DNA of 63,985 nt, the filler included, from Reclinomonas americana ATCC 50394 (lineage: Eukaryota): assembly GCA_048213135.1 (NCBI GenBank). It is 6 parts of 3 records of this genome, joined end to end, with 100 filler letters (N's around TTAATTAATTAA, not from the genome) between each part and the next. Parts side by side here need not be neighbours in the genome. Positions count along the whole stretch, not along the records: positions 28,018 to 56,413 come from PS015119.1; positions 56,514 to 60,787 come from PS015119.1; 4 more parts are not named here. One strand, written 5' to 3'. The notes below the pieces were generated by a model, which saw only the letters and a list, made by a program, of their open reading frames with translations, was not told where the DNA came from and ran no database searches. A program made the translations under genes and the position numbers. Position 1 is the first letter of the stretch, and the number at the start of each line of letters is the position of its first letter. This document shows positions 44,366 through 58,648 of the stretch, piece by piece.

Positions 44366-47300
44366 TTATCTCCTTCCCAGTGAACTGGCGGAGCGCGACG
44401 AGGCAGAGAGTGGACGCACGCCGCTGCCTGATGCCTCGCCATAGCCACCACCATCGTCGTCGCCATCCTCCAACTCCTCAATGTAATCGGTGTGTTCCGG
44501 TCCCTCCCAGTCCAGGAACTGCAGGACACCACAATTCAGCGATCACCAAGCCTCAACGTCCATCAAGAAACACACACACACCTCCTCGTATTCGGTGGCG
44601 TTGAAGTCGATATTGTTCATCTTGAGCACCTTGACCAGCTCGCCGATCTTTTCGCGTTGCACGGCCTTGGCAGCCTGCAGCGCACGCACCGCCTTGTCCT
44701 CGAATTGCTTTTCCACCGAGTTCTGAATCTTCTTGGCCTGCACACACGCACGCGCACACACATGAATTTCAGCGGCGTCGCGGAAATACGAGCGAGACAA
44801 GGCAATGACGCACCGATGCGCCGTAGCTGAGAGTCGACTTGGTCTCACTGACCGAGTCCGACGCCGGCGTCACATTGACAAACATGAGCGTCTTGGCCGT
44901 GCCTCCAATAGTGTCCTTCAGAAGCATGGTCAGCGCGTTCGAGCGGTACGAGAACTGCTTGACGGCACGTGTGCCCGAGGCGTGAGCGATCAGATTCTGC
45001 AACGCCGACAGACTCTGGTTGATGGTCGTGGCCTCCTTGACGGCGTGCTTGTCCTTCAGTTGCGTGCGTGCCAGGCGCTCCGAGCCGGCCAGATCGACCA
45101 GCGTCAGCTTGCCGAGGGTCGTCTTCTTGTTCTGTGTGCATTCAAAAGACCGCAAGCAGTCAGAATGAGCTTCCTCTCTTCTTCGTCGCTCCACACGCAC
45201 CTTGAGGTTCGTGACATGCACGTTGATGACGAACAACAGGTGCGAGCGTGACGACGTGTCATTCATGGCCGTCGTGCGCTCGTGACGTGATGCATTGCCC
45301 ATCTGGAACAGCTCGAGCATCTCCTCGGGTGATGACACCGACACCTCCACCAGTCCACGCACATTGCCGTCGGCGGTGATGGTGAGTTTCGGTGGCGGGT
45401 TCTCCTGCTGGAACTTGTCGTACAGCTTCTCCAAGTACAGCTCGACCATGGTGCATCGAATCTCAACCGTCGACTCGCGAATGTTGCGCGTCTTGTGGAA
45501 GATCTCGCGCATGGCGCGCGGAGCAATGCCCTCCAGATCCTCAATGCCCGGCGCACCCGTCATGGTGTGCGTCTTGCCGGAACCAGTCTGGCCGTATGCA
45601 AAGATGCACACGTTGTAGCCATCGATGGACGACTGCACCAGCGGCTGCACGTGCTTGAACACCTCTGCCTGAGAGGCCGTCTCTGAGAACACTCGCGAGA
45701 ACACATAGTCGATGAACGGCTTGCGGTTCGCCTCGTCGGGCACCATCAGTCGGCACGTGTACGCATCAGGGTAGCGAGCAATCTGCAACGGTTGTCAGTG
45801 GCGCGCGCATCAGCTGACAAGCGTGACGGCGATGGCGGCGACTCACGTGCTCGACACCGGGAGTCGTCAACTCGCGTGTGTTGAGCGGACGCATGCGGGC
45901 AAACACGCGGATGCCGCCCTTCATGTCCTCGATTTCGTTGTGCAACTTCTTGTTTTGTGCGCCGACCACCACAAAGTCCTCCTCCAGATGCCGCACCTCA
46001 GCCTCGAGCTCGTCCTTCTTGGACTTGACCTCATCCAGCTCCTGTGGCGAGTGGTCAGTTCATGCAGTTGGCGGCCCAAGTGTGCGCAGTGACTGCAGCA
46101 CCTTGGCCATCTCCTCCACTTGGCCCATGTTGTCGCGGAAGTCGCGCAGTGCCCTCTTTGCCTTCTTGAACTTGCGTTGGGTCATCTCGAACTGCTGCTT
46201 CGTGTCCTCCAGCTCCTTCTTCAGCGACTCGGTCTCCTCGGCCGTCAACTCGCCTGGCAGAATGATGCCTGCGCAATCACACAACATTTCAGTATACAGC
46301 TGCGGTCCTCTGCGAATCGATCGTGCGGACGCACCCGATCGGAGCATGGCCACTTGCTCTTGCAGGCGAAGCTTGTCGTCGCACAGTGTGGCAATCGTCG
46401 TCTCGGCATCGTGGTCTCCGTCAGCAGAGGCTGCACCGAGATGGCATCAGCATTCTCGCCAACAACGGCGTACATGGGGGATACACAGGCTGCATACCGA
46501 GATGCGCTTGCTTCTCCCGCTCGGCTAGCTGCCGTCGCAACTCGCGATTCTCGTGGAACAGAGTCAATGTCTGCTCCGAGACGGCGCCAGGTGCTACAGG
46601 GAGCAGCGTGAGCAGCCAGCTCGCATAACGACACAAAGAAGACCACAGCACTCTCTACCTGAAGCCACAACCGGCCCGCTTCCGCCAATTCCTGGCGGGG
46701 GTGGCGGGCGGGCGTGCTTCTCGGCCACCGACCTCGGCGGTGCCATGGAGCTGCGCACATTGGTCTTTTGCATGACAGCTGCACATCATAACAATGAGCG
46801 GCGACTCTAAAGCACCACGAAGGTGCGTGGCACGACGCAACCCCTCTGGATCTGCTCAGGCGAGCTGCCGGCGGCCACCATCTGCTTCACAGTGGTCTCC
46901 AGCTCGGTGACAGTGGCCAGCAGCCGCTGGTTCTGCTGAATGAGCTCTTGAGCTGCGGGAGCGGTCGCGTTGTGTGAGTCATCTGTCACCGACACGCATA
47001 ATGCAAACACCCACACGCAACTGCCTTCGTCGGTGGTGAAAATCGCCGACGGATTGTGCATGAGTGCGCGATCGTTCAGTGCACGGCGCAAGTCGTCATT
47101 CTCCAACTGCAGCCGGTCCTCCTCCAACTTGTGGGCATCGCACGCTGTCAAGTGCACACGACAAGGTGAGATATTCTAAAACGTGCAAGTCTGGCGGCGT
47201 CACTGCCTCTCTCTCACCGGCTTGCACCACATCGAGCTCCTCGCGCAGACGACCCACTTCGGTCTGCAGCGCCGACTTTTGCACCGTCAAATTGGTCATG

Positions 47301-50300
47301 ATGTCGCGCACCGTGGCGTCATTGATCTTCTCAGTCATGCGGTGGGAGAGCGTCTCCTCCGTCTCGGCGAGCCGGCGACGCAGCTTGTTGGTCTCCTCGC
47401 GAGCAGCCGCCACCTGCCACGCAATAATGTCAGACTTACGGGCAGCTCCAGGAACGCCAACGACGTGTGCACACACAAACCTTGTCGGCAAACTCCTCGC
47501 GCTGCGTCTCCAAGTCGCGCAACAGCTAGCAACAGACATGGTGTGAGACATAGAGAGAGTCGTGGACTTCGATATGCGGTGAATGCTCATACCCGGTGAT
47601 TCTCGGCAGAGCCCTTCTCGAAGCGTTCACGCAGCAACGCCACGTGCTCCTGCAGCTCGCGGTTCTCGCGATTCGCCTGCAACACAGCCAGCTGATGGTC
47701 CACCGAGTCTGCTGGATTCGGCTCCTGTCCGTTGGCCGACGACGGCAACGCACGGCCCATCTCCTCCAACTTTTTGTGCAACAAGCGGACCTCCATCTGC
47801 AAATCGGCATTCTCCACCTCCAACTCAGACACGCGCTTCGATTGATCTGCGCGGGGTGTGAGTGTGACGGATGAATGTCTCCGTGCATATCAGAAAGACG
47901 CACCAACAAACTTGTTGGGATCGACGGCCTCTTGTGGGGGTGGCGCCATCTGTAGACCACGTGTACAGTCAGAATGGTGCTTGTCCTGCAGGATTCACCA
48001 GAATTCGGCAAACGCAACTCCTGCGGCGTTGGCGCGCGATGCCTTGACCTTGCCCTCCTGGTGCTTGAAGCGGTAGTGATCGAATTCGTCCTGGATGCGC
48101 TGCTTCTCGCGCAGCACGGCATCCATCTCACTCTGCGCAATCTGCTCGCGCTGCTTGAGACGCTCGACAGTGGTTCGTGCGTCACCAGCCTCAGCGGCAG
48201 CCTTGCTCGCCGCCCTTTGCGCCTCGACCAGCGCGTCGTTGCGGGAGCGCACCTCACCTGTACACCATGTAAGGGTCAGCAATCAGAGAAGCAGTTGCAG
48301 TACGACGGCCACCAGCAATAACGCACTTTCTAGTCTCTGTACTTGATCGCTCTGCTTGCGCAGGCGCTCTTGCAGTGCACGCACAGCGGCAGCGGCACGC
48401 TCCGACCCACTGGTGGCCTCGTCCATGTAACTAGACGTCTCCTCACGCAAGCTACGAATCTCCTCGTCCTTGTCTGCAGCGCGCCAATGAGTACGTTGTC
48501 GGCTGCATGCATCCCTTCCTCCAGAGAGATAGTGATATACTCACCGGCGAGCAGCTTCTCGTACTGCGCGCGCTGTTCGGCCACCAGTGCATCCGAGCGC
48601 TTTCGCTCATTCTCCATTTGCTCGCGCATGGCAGCCTCGAGCTGTATGACATGCGTGAGTCGAGTGCGAGCTCCATTTTCCTTGCTTCGAACCACAAACC
48701 GTCTCCTTCTGCTTCGCAACCCGCGCCTGTGCATCGTGTCGCTCCTTCAGCTCCCGCAATAGCTTGTCCTTCTTGTTAAACAGACGCTCAAACACATCAC
48801 GCCGGCTCGTCGACTCCTCCAGTGGAGGAATGGCGAATGCACTGCCGGGGCGACTACTACCGCCGCCCTTCAACGCACGCTCCACCATCTCCGAGTACTT
48901 TTGTCGCCACGCCTCAATCTGCGTCCCTCCCCCCGATGTGAGGCAAAGATGAGAGAGAAGGAGAGGGACAGCGCCACGAGTCACGCAACCGCTCCCTCGT
49001 GTTCCTCGCGCTCCGTCCGCAGCGTGCGACGCTGCTCTTCGAGCTGCGTCTGCGCCTCCTCAATGCCGGAGCCCATGGAACTGCGCAGTGTGTGCATCTC
49101 GGCCTCGCTGTGCGATCGCGCCGCCTCCAACTCGGCCGTCAGCCGGGCCTTGACCGTCTGCAGTTCGGATTCGAGCTGACGGCGCACGGCCTCCACCTCG
49201 CGGTCCATCTGGCTCTGCATGGCCGTCATCTCGGCGACCTTGTCGGCCTTGAGCGCGGCCATGTCGGAGGCCATCTCTCGCCGAATCGTGGCGAGCTCCT
49301 GTGCCAGTGAGGCCTCATTTTCGTTCAACTTGGCCTCCACTGTGCGCAAGAGGCGAATGAGAAAGTCGAGAGGGAGAAGGGAAACATGGGAGGGAAGGGG
49401 AGGAGAATGCAACATTCGACTTTCTCGCGCTCCAATCGCAAGCGGTTCTGTTCCATCTTTTCGCGGTAGTCGCCCAACACGGCCTCCTTCTCCTTCTCGG
49501 ACTCGAACTTGGCACGGTCACTGCGCTCCATTTCCTCTGCCACACGGATATTCAGCCGGCGGATCTCGGCGCTCATCTCCTCCAGCTGCGACTCCAGCTC
49601 TTCCAACTCCTTCTTGTGTTTCCGGCGTTCCTCTCGCAGATCGCGATGCTTGGTGAACGCATGTCGGATGCGATCGCTCTGCGTCGTCTGGTACCGATCT
49701 AGGAAGGCCACAAAGTATTTCTGCCCACACGAAAAAGCGGTCATGACGAGCGAGGCTCGAGAGCAACTGAAAAATGAACGGACGCACTCTGATCTCCTCC
49801 TCGATCTGGCGGTAGTTGCCGTCCAACTCCTCCACCGCCTGCACGTAGCGTTGCTTCATGCTCCGCATGTCGTCGACCACTCGCTGAATCTGCCGCCGAG
49901 CGAGCTCGTACGGCACATAGGCAGTTTCGTTTGCCGCCGCAATTGCAGCCACGTTACGCGGTTTCAGCACGTTCGAGTCGGGCGCGTCGCGCACACCCTC
50001 TGCAGCGGAGTGAGCACGTGGCAAGAGCGACGCATGGGTGAAAAAAAGGCACACGCACCCTCATGCGACAGCTGAGCGAGGAACTCACGCGCCGACTGCC
50101 GACGATGCGGCGGCGACGCGGACGACGACGACGAAGACGACGAGGAAGACGAAGACGACGAACGAGACTTGGCCGCCGAGGCCGCCGACGACGGCCGCGT
50201 GCTACCCGGATTACGTGTGCTGCCACCTGCCGCGTTCAGCATGGCGCGCCCATTGGCGCCGGTGCCGGACAAGGACGTGGTGCGTCGTGGCGCCACATCC

Positions 50301-50702
50301 ACATCTGCCGGATCATGTCAGCCGGGAACGACAACAGAAGCAACAGATGCAGGCACGCACCTGACTGGAGCGATCGCGCCGACTGCTCGTGCTCGTGCTG
50401 ATGCTGGTGATCGATGGATGGCGCCGCAGCTACACGAATCGATCCATGAGCCACAGCGTGTGCGTCTGAGCAACAAAAAAAGACAACCTACCATGACTGC
50501 CATTCGTCAACACATTAGCCATGCGCTGCGGCACGCGGACAGGCACCACCGGCCCCGTCAACGACGACACACTCTCCGTGGGCGACTGCACGCCAAACGG
50601 ATCATGGCCACCCGCTGTCACCGGCCCACCAGGCGTCGTCTTGTGCGTCGGCGAGCTCACCAACCCCGGGTGCATCGCCAGTCGCCCCGACATCGAGTCC
50701 AT
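44366..50702 (-). CDS. Kinesin-14 (C-terminal motor) with long N-terminal coiled-coil stalk
   Basis: Neck KKLHNEIEDMKGGIRVFARMRP, P-loop AYGQTGSGKT, NDTSSRSH, LVDLAGSER and GGTAKTLMFVN. Many coiled-coil exons lie upstream. Last exon ..SSLGRR* ends at 44366. Confidence 0.9.
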
Positions 50703-51288
50703 CGACGACGCAACATCTACACACACAAGTCAGCAAGTCACTGATGACAACGCGATCAGTCACGCGTCACCACAGACCAAGTGGCTCCAGTCGACCGCGC
50801 TCTGCGTGTACACAACACATGTGAGACTACATAATGACACACAGAGGAGAGCAAGACAGTGAGAGGGTCACCAGAGGCGATTGATCGGGCAACAGTCGAC
50901 GGTGCCACTGTGCGCAAAAAAAAATGTCAACGTTCACATTTTTTTGTCAGCAGTCATCAGTCGCGACTCTGCTGCGCATTACCTCCTGCCGCGCCCCACG
51001 CCTCTCCCACATCTATCTCTCACACAAGTAAGCATGCCAGACATGGAGTAAAGAGAGTATAGAGTGTGGGGCGCGTAACATCCTTCATCAGCCGAGGGCA
51101 CCACTGACGGCCCAGCGCCCGCCATGACCACCAGTGACGCAGCAGAGTTGGGAGGCAGTGTGTTGCCTCCTCCTCCTCCACTGTGCCCAGCGAGTGCGGC
51201 GCGGTCCAGTCGCCGAACCTCACTGCTCATGAGTGATCACACTGACAATCGGTTGACACTGCACAGGACACAGTGCGATCAGTCACGA

Positions 51289-52844
51289 ATGAGTGGTGAT
51301 CGCGCGCCTACACCGCTGCAGCGGTTTGTGTTTGGTGGATTCTCGTGTCAAGTGGCCTCCACGTTGCGTTTCTTTTTTAATTGTTGCTGCCTTGTTGCTT
51401 CCCTCACTTACAAACACAACGACTGCTGCAGCATTCTGTCGCCAATGGATGTGGCCAAGGTTCGACTGCAGGTGCAGGTAAGCGCGTCTGTTATGCGTAC
51501 TAGGTGCGTGCTGCGGTTTGACCACGCGCGCGTGCGCAGAAAGATCGGCATTTCGGCGGCATGTTGCATACGATGCGTGTGTTGTATGTGGAGAATGGAG
51601 TGCGTGGGTGGTTCAAGGGCTGGCAGGCGTCGATGATGCGCGAGGCGTCGTACTCGAGGTTGGCGCGCTCTTTGTGTCTGTGTCTCTTTGGTGCCTTCGT
51701 CATTCGAATCGTTGCAGTCTGCGCATGGGATTGTATGATCCGTTCCGGGAGTGGACGGATCGTGTGGCGCCTGGGCTGGGAGTGCTGACCAAGGTCACGG
51801 CTGGTCTCATGTCGGGAGTTGCGTCGAGTCTTTCTGCTGCTGTTCTCCTTCTTCTTCTTCATTGTCGTGTCTCATGAATCCACTCGTGCAGTGTCTCGGG
51901 GCGGCACTGACGGTTCGCCTCCTGCCTTCCCACCAGTGTTGTTGACTGTGTCTCTCACTACGTGCGAGCTTGTTGTTACAGACGCCACTGGATGTGGTCA
52001 AGGTGCGCTTCCAGACGCAGGGGCCGTTCCCGACGCCTGGTGTGCCATTCTTCCGGTCCACCCCCGAGGCGTTTGTTCGGATTTATCGTGATGAGGTGGG
52101 CGTGCAGGCGCTGCTGTGAGGTGTGCACTGGCTCACTCACAGTCGTGGCAGGGTGGTTTGCGTGCGCTGTATCGCGGCGCCGTGCCCAATGTCTCGCGGG
52201 CGGCGTCATTGACCGGCGCACAACTCGGTGGATATGGTGTGCATTTCGTGCCTTCTTCCCATTGACTGCCGCCCCGCGCTCGTCGCTCACCGCCTGCGCA
52301 GACTCCATCAAGAACCTCATCTTGCTGCCGTCGGGCTACTTTAATGACGACATAATCTGCCACTTCCTGTCGTCGGCCTTGGCAGGAGTTGCATACTCTC
52401 ATGCATCGGATCTCCCTTTCTTCTCCCTCAACTCACGCTGTCTCTTTATGTCGACTCCAGGTGGTTACCACCACTGCCGCCAATCCTTGGGATGTGGTCA
52501 AGGTAGAGCGGGGCGATCTGCCGCCACCTTGTGAGCTGGTTGCTGATTCATTGCACGAAAAATTGCAGACGCGCATGATGAACGATCACGCGCACAAGTT
52601 CAGAGGCATGGCGCACACTGCCGTGTGTATTCTGCGAGACGAGGGCCTCACGGCGTTTATGAAAGGCTGGGTGCCGTCGTTCTACAGGTGAGCAGTTGGC
52701 ACGATCGCGCGCTGCCGTTTCTTCGATATGTTGGTTGATGCGCTTCATGACTCTCGCACGCTGCGCAGACTGGCACCGCACACGGTCATGTCGTTTATCA
52801 TGTACGAGAAGTTGCGGTTGATGTTCGGGCATCGGTCGCTGTGA
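51289..52844 (+). CDS. Mitochondrial carrier (SLC25), dicarboxylate/uncoupling-protein-like
   Basis: Three Px[DE]xx[KR]xR motifs (PMDVAKVR, PLDVVKVR, PWDVVKTR), plus REASYSSLRMGLYD and FMKGWVPSFYRLAPHTV. About 10 exons. Confidence 0.9.
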
Positions 52845-53072
52845 CAACGCGGTCGCGAATGAAAAAGTTGTATTCAAATTTTATTACTTCGCAACGTCGA
52901 CGTTCCGAGCTCCTTCGCGCAGCTAAAGAGCCAAGCACGCGACCATGTCAGCTAAGGTGTAGCTATGTACGAAGGTGGCGACTTGATGGCGACCGTGCTT
53001 GAGAGAAGAGCAGTGAGACCTCGGACGAAGGACAGACACGGGACGTGCCCCCCAACCCACAACGACAACGCA

Positions 53073-53655
53073 ATGAGGCCGTACGAAGACGACGACGATG
53101 ACGACGACGATGGCGACGAGCACACATCGCCAATGGACCTCACCGCCGCCTACTTTGCGCAGCGATACCGCCATCAACCACCACCACAACGCGCGCACTC
53201 CTCCTCGCCCTCATCCTCCTCACTCTCCAGTGCCCACTCACTGGGCGGCGACTCCTCTCCACCACCACCACCTCATCCTCCACCCAATGTCCCGCCTCTC
53301 CTTCCACCACGCTCACCACCCTCTGCGCAACAAGAACCAGTGCTGTTCATGGGCGTCCCTGTGTCACCGCGCGGCAGCATGAGTCCACGCACTCTGCTCG
53401 CCCTCCAGCACCACAGTCCCCACGTGCATCATCACCACCACCATCATCATCATCAATACGATGCACAGCAGTCGGCACCGATCTTTAGCGTTGACGTGGC
53501 GCGACAATCGCCATCGACCACGCCGGTGAGTCACTCGCTGAGTCTGCTGTCTTGGTGCAGTGTATGACTCACACTCGTGTGCTGCAGCGACAGCAACGGG
53601 CGTCGGCGATCAGCGGTGTCGATCCGGCCGAGGTCGCCGCCAAGATCCACCTGTC
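53073..53655 (+). CDS. 5' fragment of a Pro/Ser/His-rich protein, truncated by a gap
   Basis: Open frame with poly-D, poly-P and poly-H tracts, a GT-AG intron, then an N gap. Confidence 0.45.
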
Positions 53656-53676
53656 NNNNNNNNNNNNNNNNNNNNA

Positions 53677-54340
53677 ACTCCAGCACCTCGCGCCCACGAT
53701 CCACATCGCCCCAGATAGCCGCCTTCAGTGCATCTGAGCTCACACGCGTAAGCGAACCACGATGGAACTCTGCAGGCACAGACGAACACACCGAGGCTCT
53801 CAAAGTTCTTCTCTGGTCGCAAGTACGTGGTCACCACTAGCCGCAGATGCCGCTCATACAGATCACAGCCGAACTCGTGCAGAATGTAAGGCTCCTGCAG
53901 CAGGAGACGAGTGAGTTGCTCTTCTCATGCTCTCTCTCTCTCTCTCTTTCTCTCTTGTCTCACTCAACAATGGTCTTGTGTTGATTGTGGAAGTAGGGGT
54001 TCCAGCCAATGCTCAGCACGGCCTTGTATACGGGTCCATTGTCGACACGTGCCCACGCAGCGTAGATGCCAGTGGAGGTGCTCTCGTCGGCCAACTCTGA
54101 CTCGTTGCCCTCCAGTGGAATGTTGGCTGCCACAGTGTGTGAGAGAGGGAGTGTGTGAGAGGAGAGAGAGAGAGAGAGCACACCTGTGGGGATGCCAAGC
54201 AGCGAGCTTCCTCTGCCAAAGCCACGCACGATCTCACCCTGCGTGTGTATGTGTGAGAGAAAGACTGTGTGCCATGCGTGTGTGTGCGTTTGCACCTGCA
54301 GCAGCAGTGGCTTTGCCAGTGTGTGCTCTCCTTCGCTCAT
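53677..54340 (-). CDS. RFK: Riboflavin kinase
   Basis: GEIVRGFGRGSSLLGIPT/ANI..GIYAAWA..AVLSIGWNPYF..EPYILHEF..DLY..YLRPEKNFESL/DALKAAIWGDV. The 3' end lies in the gap. Confidence 0.93.
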
Positions 54341-54403
54341 TCGCCGGAGGACTGATTGTGATCGGGACGATGATCGGAGATCGCGAAGTGTGCTCGGACT
54401 TTA

Positions 54404-56303
54404 CTAATCGTGGTCGTCCAGGTCGTCCATGTCCCAGTCGGAGTCGCTGTCTGTGCACATGCAAGGGTTTGTGAGAATTGATTTGTGATCGGGCGATAAA
54501 GGAAGACGAAAGAAGTCACCTTGCGATCGCGAAGTTGATCGAGGGCGTTCGGGAGACGAGAGACCGGGGAGGTTGGAGCCGCTTCGCTGCTGCTGTAGCG
54601 CCTGCAGAGCGAGGAGTCGCGGGCTTGGATCGTCCGCCGATGGCACGGGCAGTGGAGCCTCGGGGACAGGCGGGAGAGGCATCGGGCTGCGAGATCTGCA
54701 ACAAGCGACAAGGTTGGTCGAGTGCAGCTGCTGCTGTGGAGGCACGACTCCTCCGACAACAAACCTCCCAATGTCCTTTCGCGGCGACGGGCTGGTGGCA
54801 CTGACGCCGGCAGCTGCTGGCACCTGCACCCATCCTGGAGGTAAGTCGTGATCCAGTGACGGCAAAGCACCCCAGAAAACGCAACAGCAGGCAGCGCTCC
54901 ATACTCGGCTTTCACATCGGGTCGCGAAGAGGCGCGCCCGGCCGATCCCACACGCTGGGAGGAATTGCGCGAGGGCGGTGGCGAATTGGTCGGCGTGCGC
55001 GTTGGCGACAAGCCATGCCGAGCAGGATCAATGCTGCCGTCATCAACCTCAGCGCAGAGCGACCACTCTCAACAGACACACAAACAAACCCAGTCTTTTG
55101 CAACAGCTGCTTCAGTCGCTCGTCAGTGCGTCGACTGATCTGCGTACATCGCGCATCGACCATGCCCCACATCTTTTGCTGCCGATCGCGAATCGCCCCG
55201 AGACTGCCAAAGCAGTAAGCACGACGCACATCATCACCATCGACACGACGAATCCTCACCGGAGGGTGGAGAGATCCGAGAGCGACTGATGCACTTTCTG
55301 ACGCAGCTGCTCCAGCTCATCCGCAATCATCTTCTCCACGTCGTCGAAATGCACACTCCGACCCGGCGCCGCCTGCACCACGCCCACACCACGATCAGTA
55401 CCAGCTTACCCTCTCCTGTGTTCTTCTCCTCCTCCCCCATCCACCTTCTTTTGCTCGCTCTTGACCGCGGGAGGAGCGACGGCCAGTGGCGGCAACGGTG
55501 CGGGCGCGGTGTTCTTTGGCGATTCAGCCTGCCGCGGACTTGTGGAGTTGGAGCTCGACGCAGAGCCGCTGCCTCTCCGCGGCGACTCCGAGGGCGTTCG
55601 CTTGACGAGCGTGCGTCGAGTGGCACCCGCGCTGCCGCCCGCCGCCACCGCCGACACCACATTCTCGAACGGCGGACGCGATTTCGGAGGCGAAGTGGTG
55701 GCCAGTGCGGCAGCCACCTGCCGCGACACCGCCTCGGGATCAATGTCGTCCTCGGACCACGCGTCGACCTCCACGCAAATGTCCTGCGTCAACCCCAGAG
55801 TACAGGTGGTGAGCCGCAAAAAACCAACCAAGCACCTTCCGTGACAGATCGATCACACTTACCGGCAACAATGACAGGATGCCCTGCTTGCCTTCCTCGA
55901 CTGTGCTGGGTGCGTACTGGCTTGCACTCGGCCCGACCCATGTGAGCAGTGCAAACCGCGAGTGTCGACCGTACTCCTCCGGCGCAAACACGCGAATGAG
56001 TGCGTACTGGATCTGTGGTTGTGTGTAAGATGATCGATCACTCACAGTCGCTCTCTCTTGCCACACACCTTGGCAAAGTGCAAGTGCTCTGTGATCTCTG
56101 ACATGACGGAGCTCACGTGGCGCGACCGGCCCTTGTCGATCAGCTTGACGAGGCGATCGTGCACCTGTGTGACCGTTAGGCAGAGTGTGTGTTGTCTCGC
56201 ACTCTCTCTCTCGTCGCACCTCAAACACAAGATAGTTGACATGGTTCTCGTAAAACTCTTCCACAGCACGCAGCTCGGTCGTCGACGCAAACGTGGCTGT
56301 CAT
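54404..56303 (-). CDS. ADF-H (coactosin/drebrin/Abp1-like) domain protein with Pro/Ser linker, coiled coil and acidic Trp tail
   Basis: NYLVFE..IQYALIRV..SRFALLTWVGPSA..VEVDAWSEDDIDPEAV is ADF-H-like. C-terminus DSDSDWDMDDLDDHD*. Confidence 0.7.
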
Positions 56304-56515
56304 CTCCTCTCTTCTCTCTTATCTTCCCCCGATAATCGATCGATCTGCAATCCAATTCATGCGCTTTCACTCCCTTCCTCCTCCACTGCGCGTCTCACTT
56401 TTCTCCGCCCGCGNNNNNNNNNNNNNNNNNNNNNNNNNNNNNNNNNNNNNNNNNNNNTTAATTAATTAANNNNNNNNNNNNNNNNNNNNNNNNNNNNNNN
56501 NNNNNNNNNNNNNCA

Positions 56516-57445
<930 letters not shown>

Positions 57446-57794
57446 CGACGCCCTAGATTTGTGTGTGTGCGCGTGTCGCGTGTGGAACGAACCAATCACC
57501 AGGAGCCCGTGTGTGCGCTTCTGTGTGGGACGCTGTTGCACTGTGTGGCGCGTGATTCTAAGTTTGTGTCTGTGAAAATACTTGCTGCTTTTGTGATTCG
57601 TGATCTATCCCTTTGTATGTTTGTTTGCACCTTTTTTTGTGATGCCGAAGAGAAAAAGAAGAAGAGTTGTGTGTGTGTGTGTGTGTGCGTGCGTGTGGTA
57701 AATGGATTTGGAAAAAGACTACTAGGCAACATGCGCGTGCATACATTACTCCTGTCGCGGGAAAGCAACGGGGACACGCAGTTGGTGGATTGGA

Positions 57795-58477
57795 TTACAC
57801 CTGCTCAACCTCCACAAGCACGCCACCGCAGTCCTTGGGATGGAGGAACACGACTGGCTTGCCATGTGCACCAATCTTCGGCTCCGCATTAAGCGCACGG
57901 ATGCCCTTGGCCTTGAACTGCGCCAGCGCTGCATGGATGTTTTCAACCTGCAGAAAGAACCCATATTGAGTGCGCAACACTGATGCAGCAATAGAGGGAG
58001 GGAGAGAGGGAGAGAGGTACCTCCAGGCACACGTGGTGAATGCCACCCGAGGGGTTGTTCTTGATAAAGTTGGCAATCGGCGAGTTTTCTCCGAGTGGAT
58101 GCAACAGCTCAATCTTGGTGTTGGGCAGATTCACAAACACCACCGTCACTCCGTGCTCCGGCAGTGCCTATCGGTTTTCCACTCGCATGAGCATATGCAC
58201 ATGAGGAGGGTCGGTCACACAGGTGACCACGCACCTCGGGCGCGCTGACTTTCGCACCCATGACGTCGCGGTAAAAGGTGGTCGCCTTCTCCAACTCAGG
58301 CACCGCAATCGCCACATGATTCAGGCGGCCGATGCCCGTGAATGCTGCGGCCGTCGACTGATGAACAACACAGGGGAGTCAGTGCATGTCTGTGTGCGTG
58401 TGTGTGTGTGTGTGCATGGGAGAGCGAGTGTGCGTAACAAAAGATGCGCTGCTGCCAAAAGAGCGCACAGTCTGCAT
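57795..58477 (-). CDS. MCEE: Methylmalonyl-CoA epimerase (VOC superfamily)
   Basis: GRLNHVAIAVPELEKA..ALPEHGVTVVFVNLPNTKIELLHPLGENSPIA..GGIHHVCLE/VENI..KIGAHGKPVVFLHPKDCGGVLVEVEQV*. Confidence 0.95.
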
Positions 58478-58648
58478 GACAAGATGCGCGCGCGTGTGTG
58501 CGTACGAGTGAGCGAGTGGTGGAGAGAAGAAGCACGATGGAGAGACACACCAGTCGACCAAGAGCCATCATTGTCACGCGTGGAAGGGATGATGACGGAA
58601 GAAAGTGATCCCGCAGGACGCTGCGATCGTTACGTACTCGTCAGTGAC
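58478..58648. promoter_or_regulatory. Probable bidirectional promoter region between MCEE and the CAP-Gly-MsrB gene
   Basis: Head-to-head predicted ATGs are ~170 bp apart. No specific motif identified. Confidence 0.35.
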
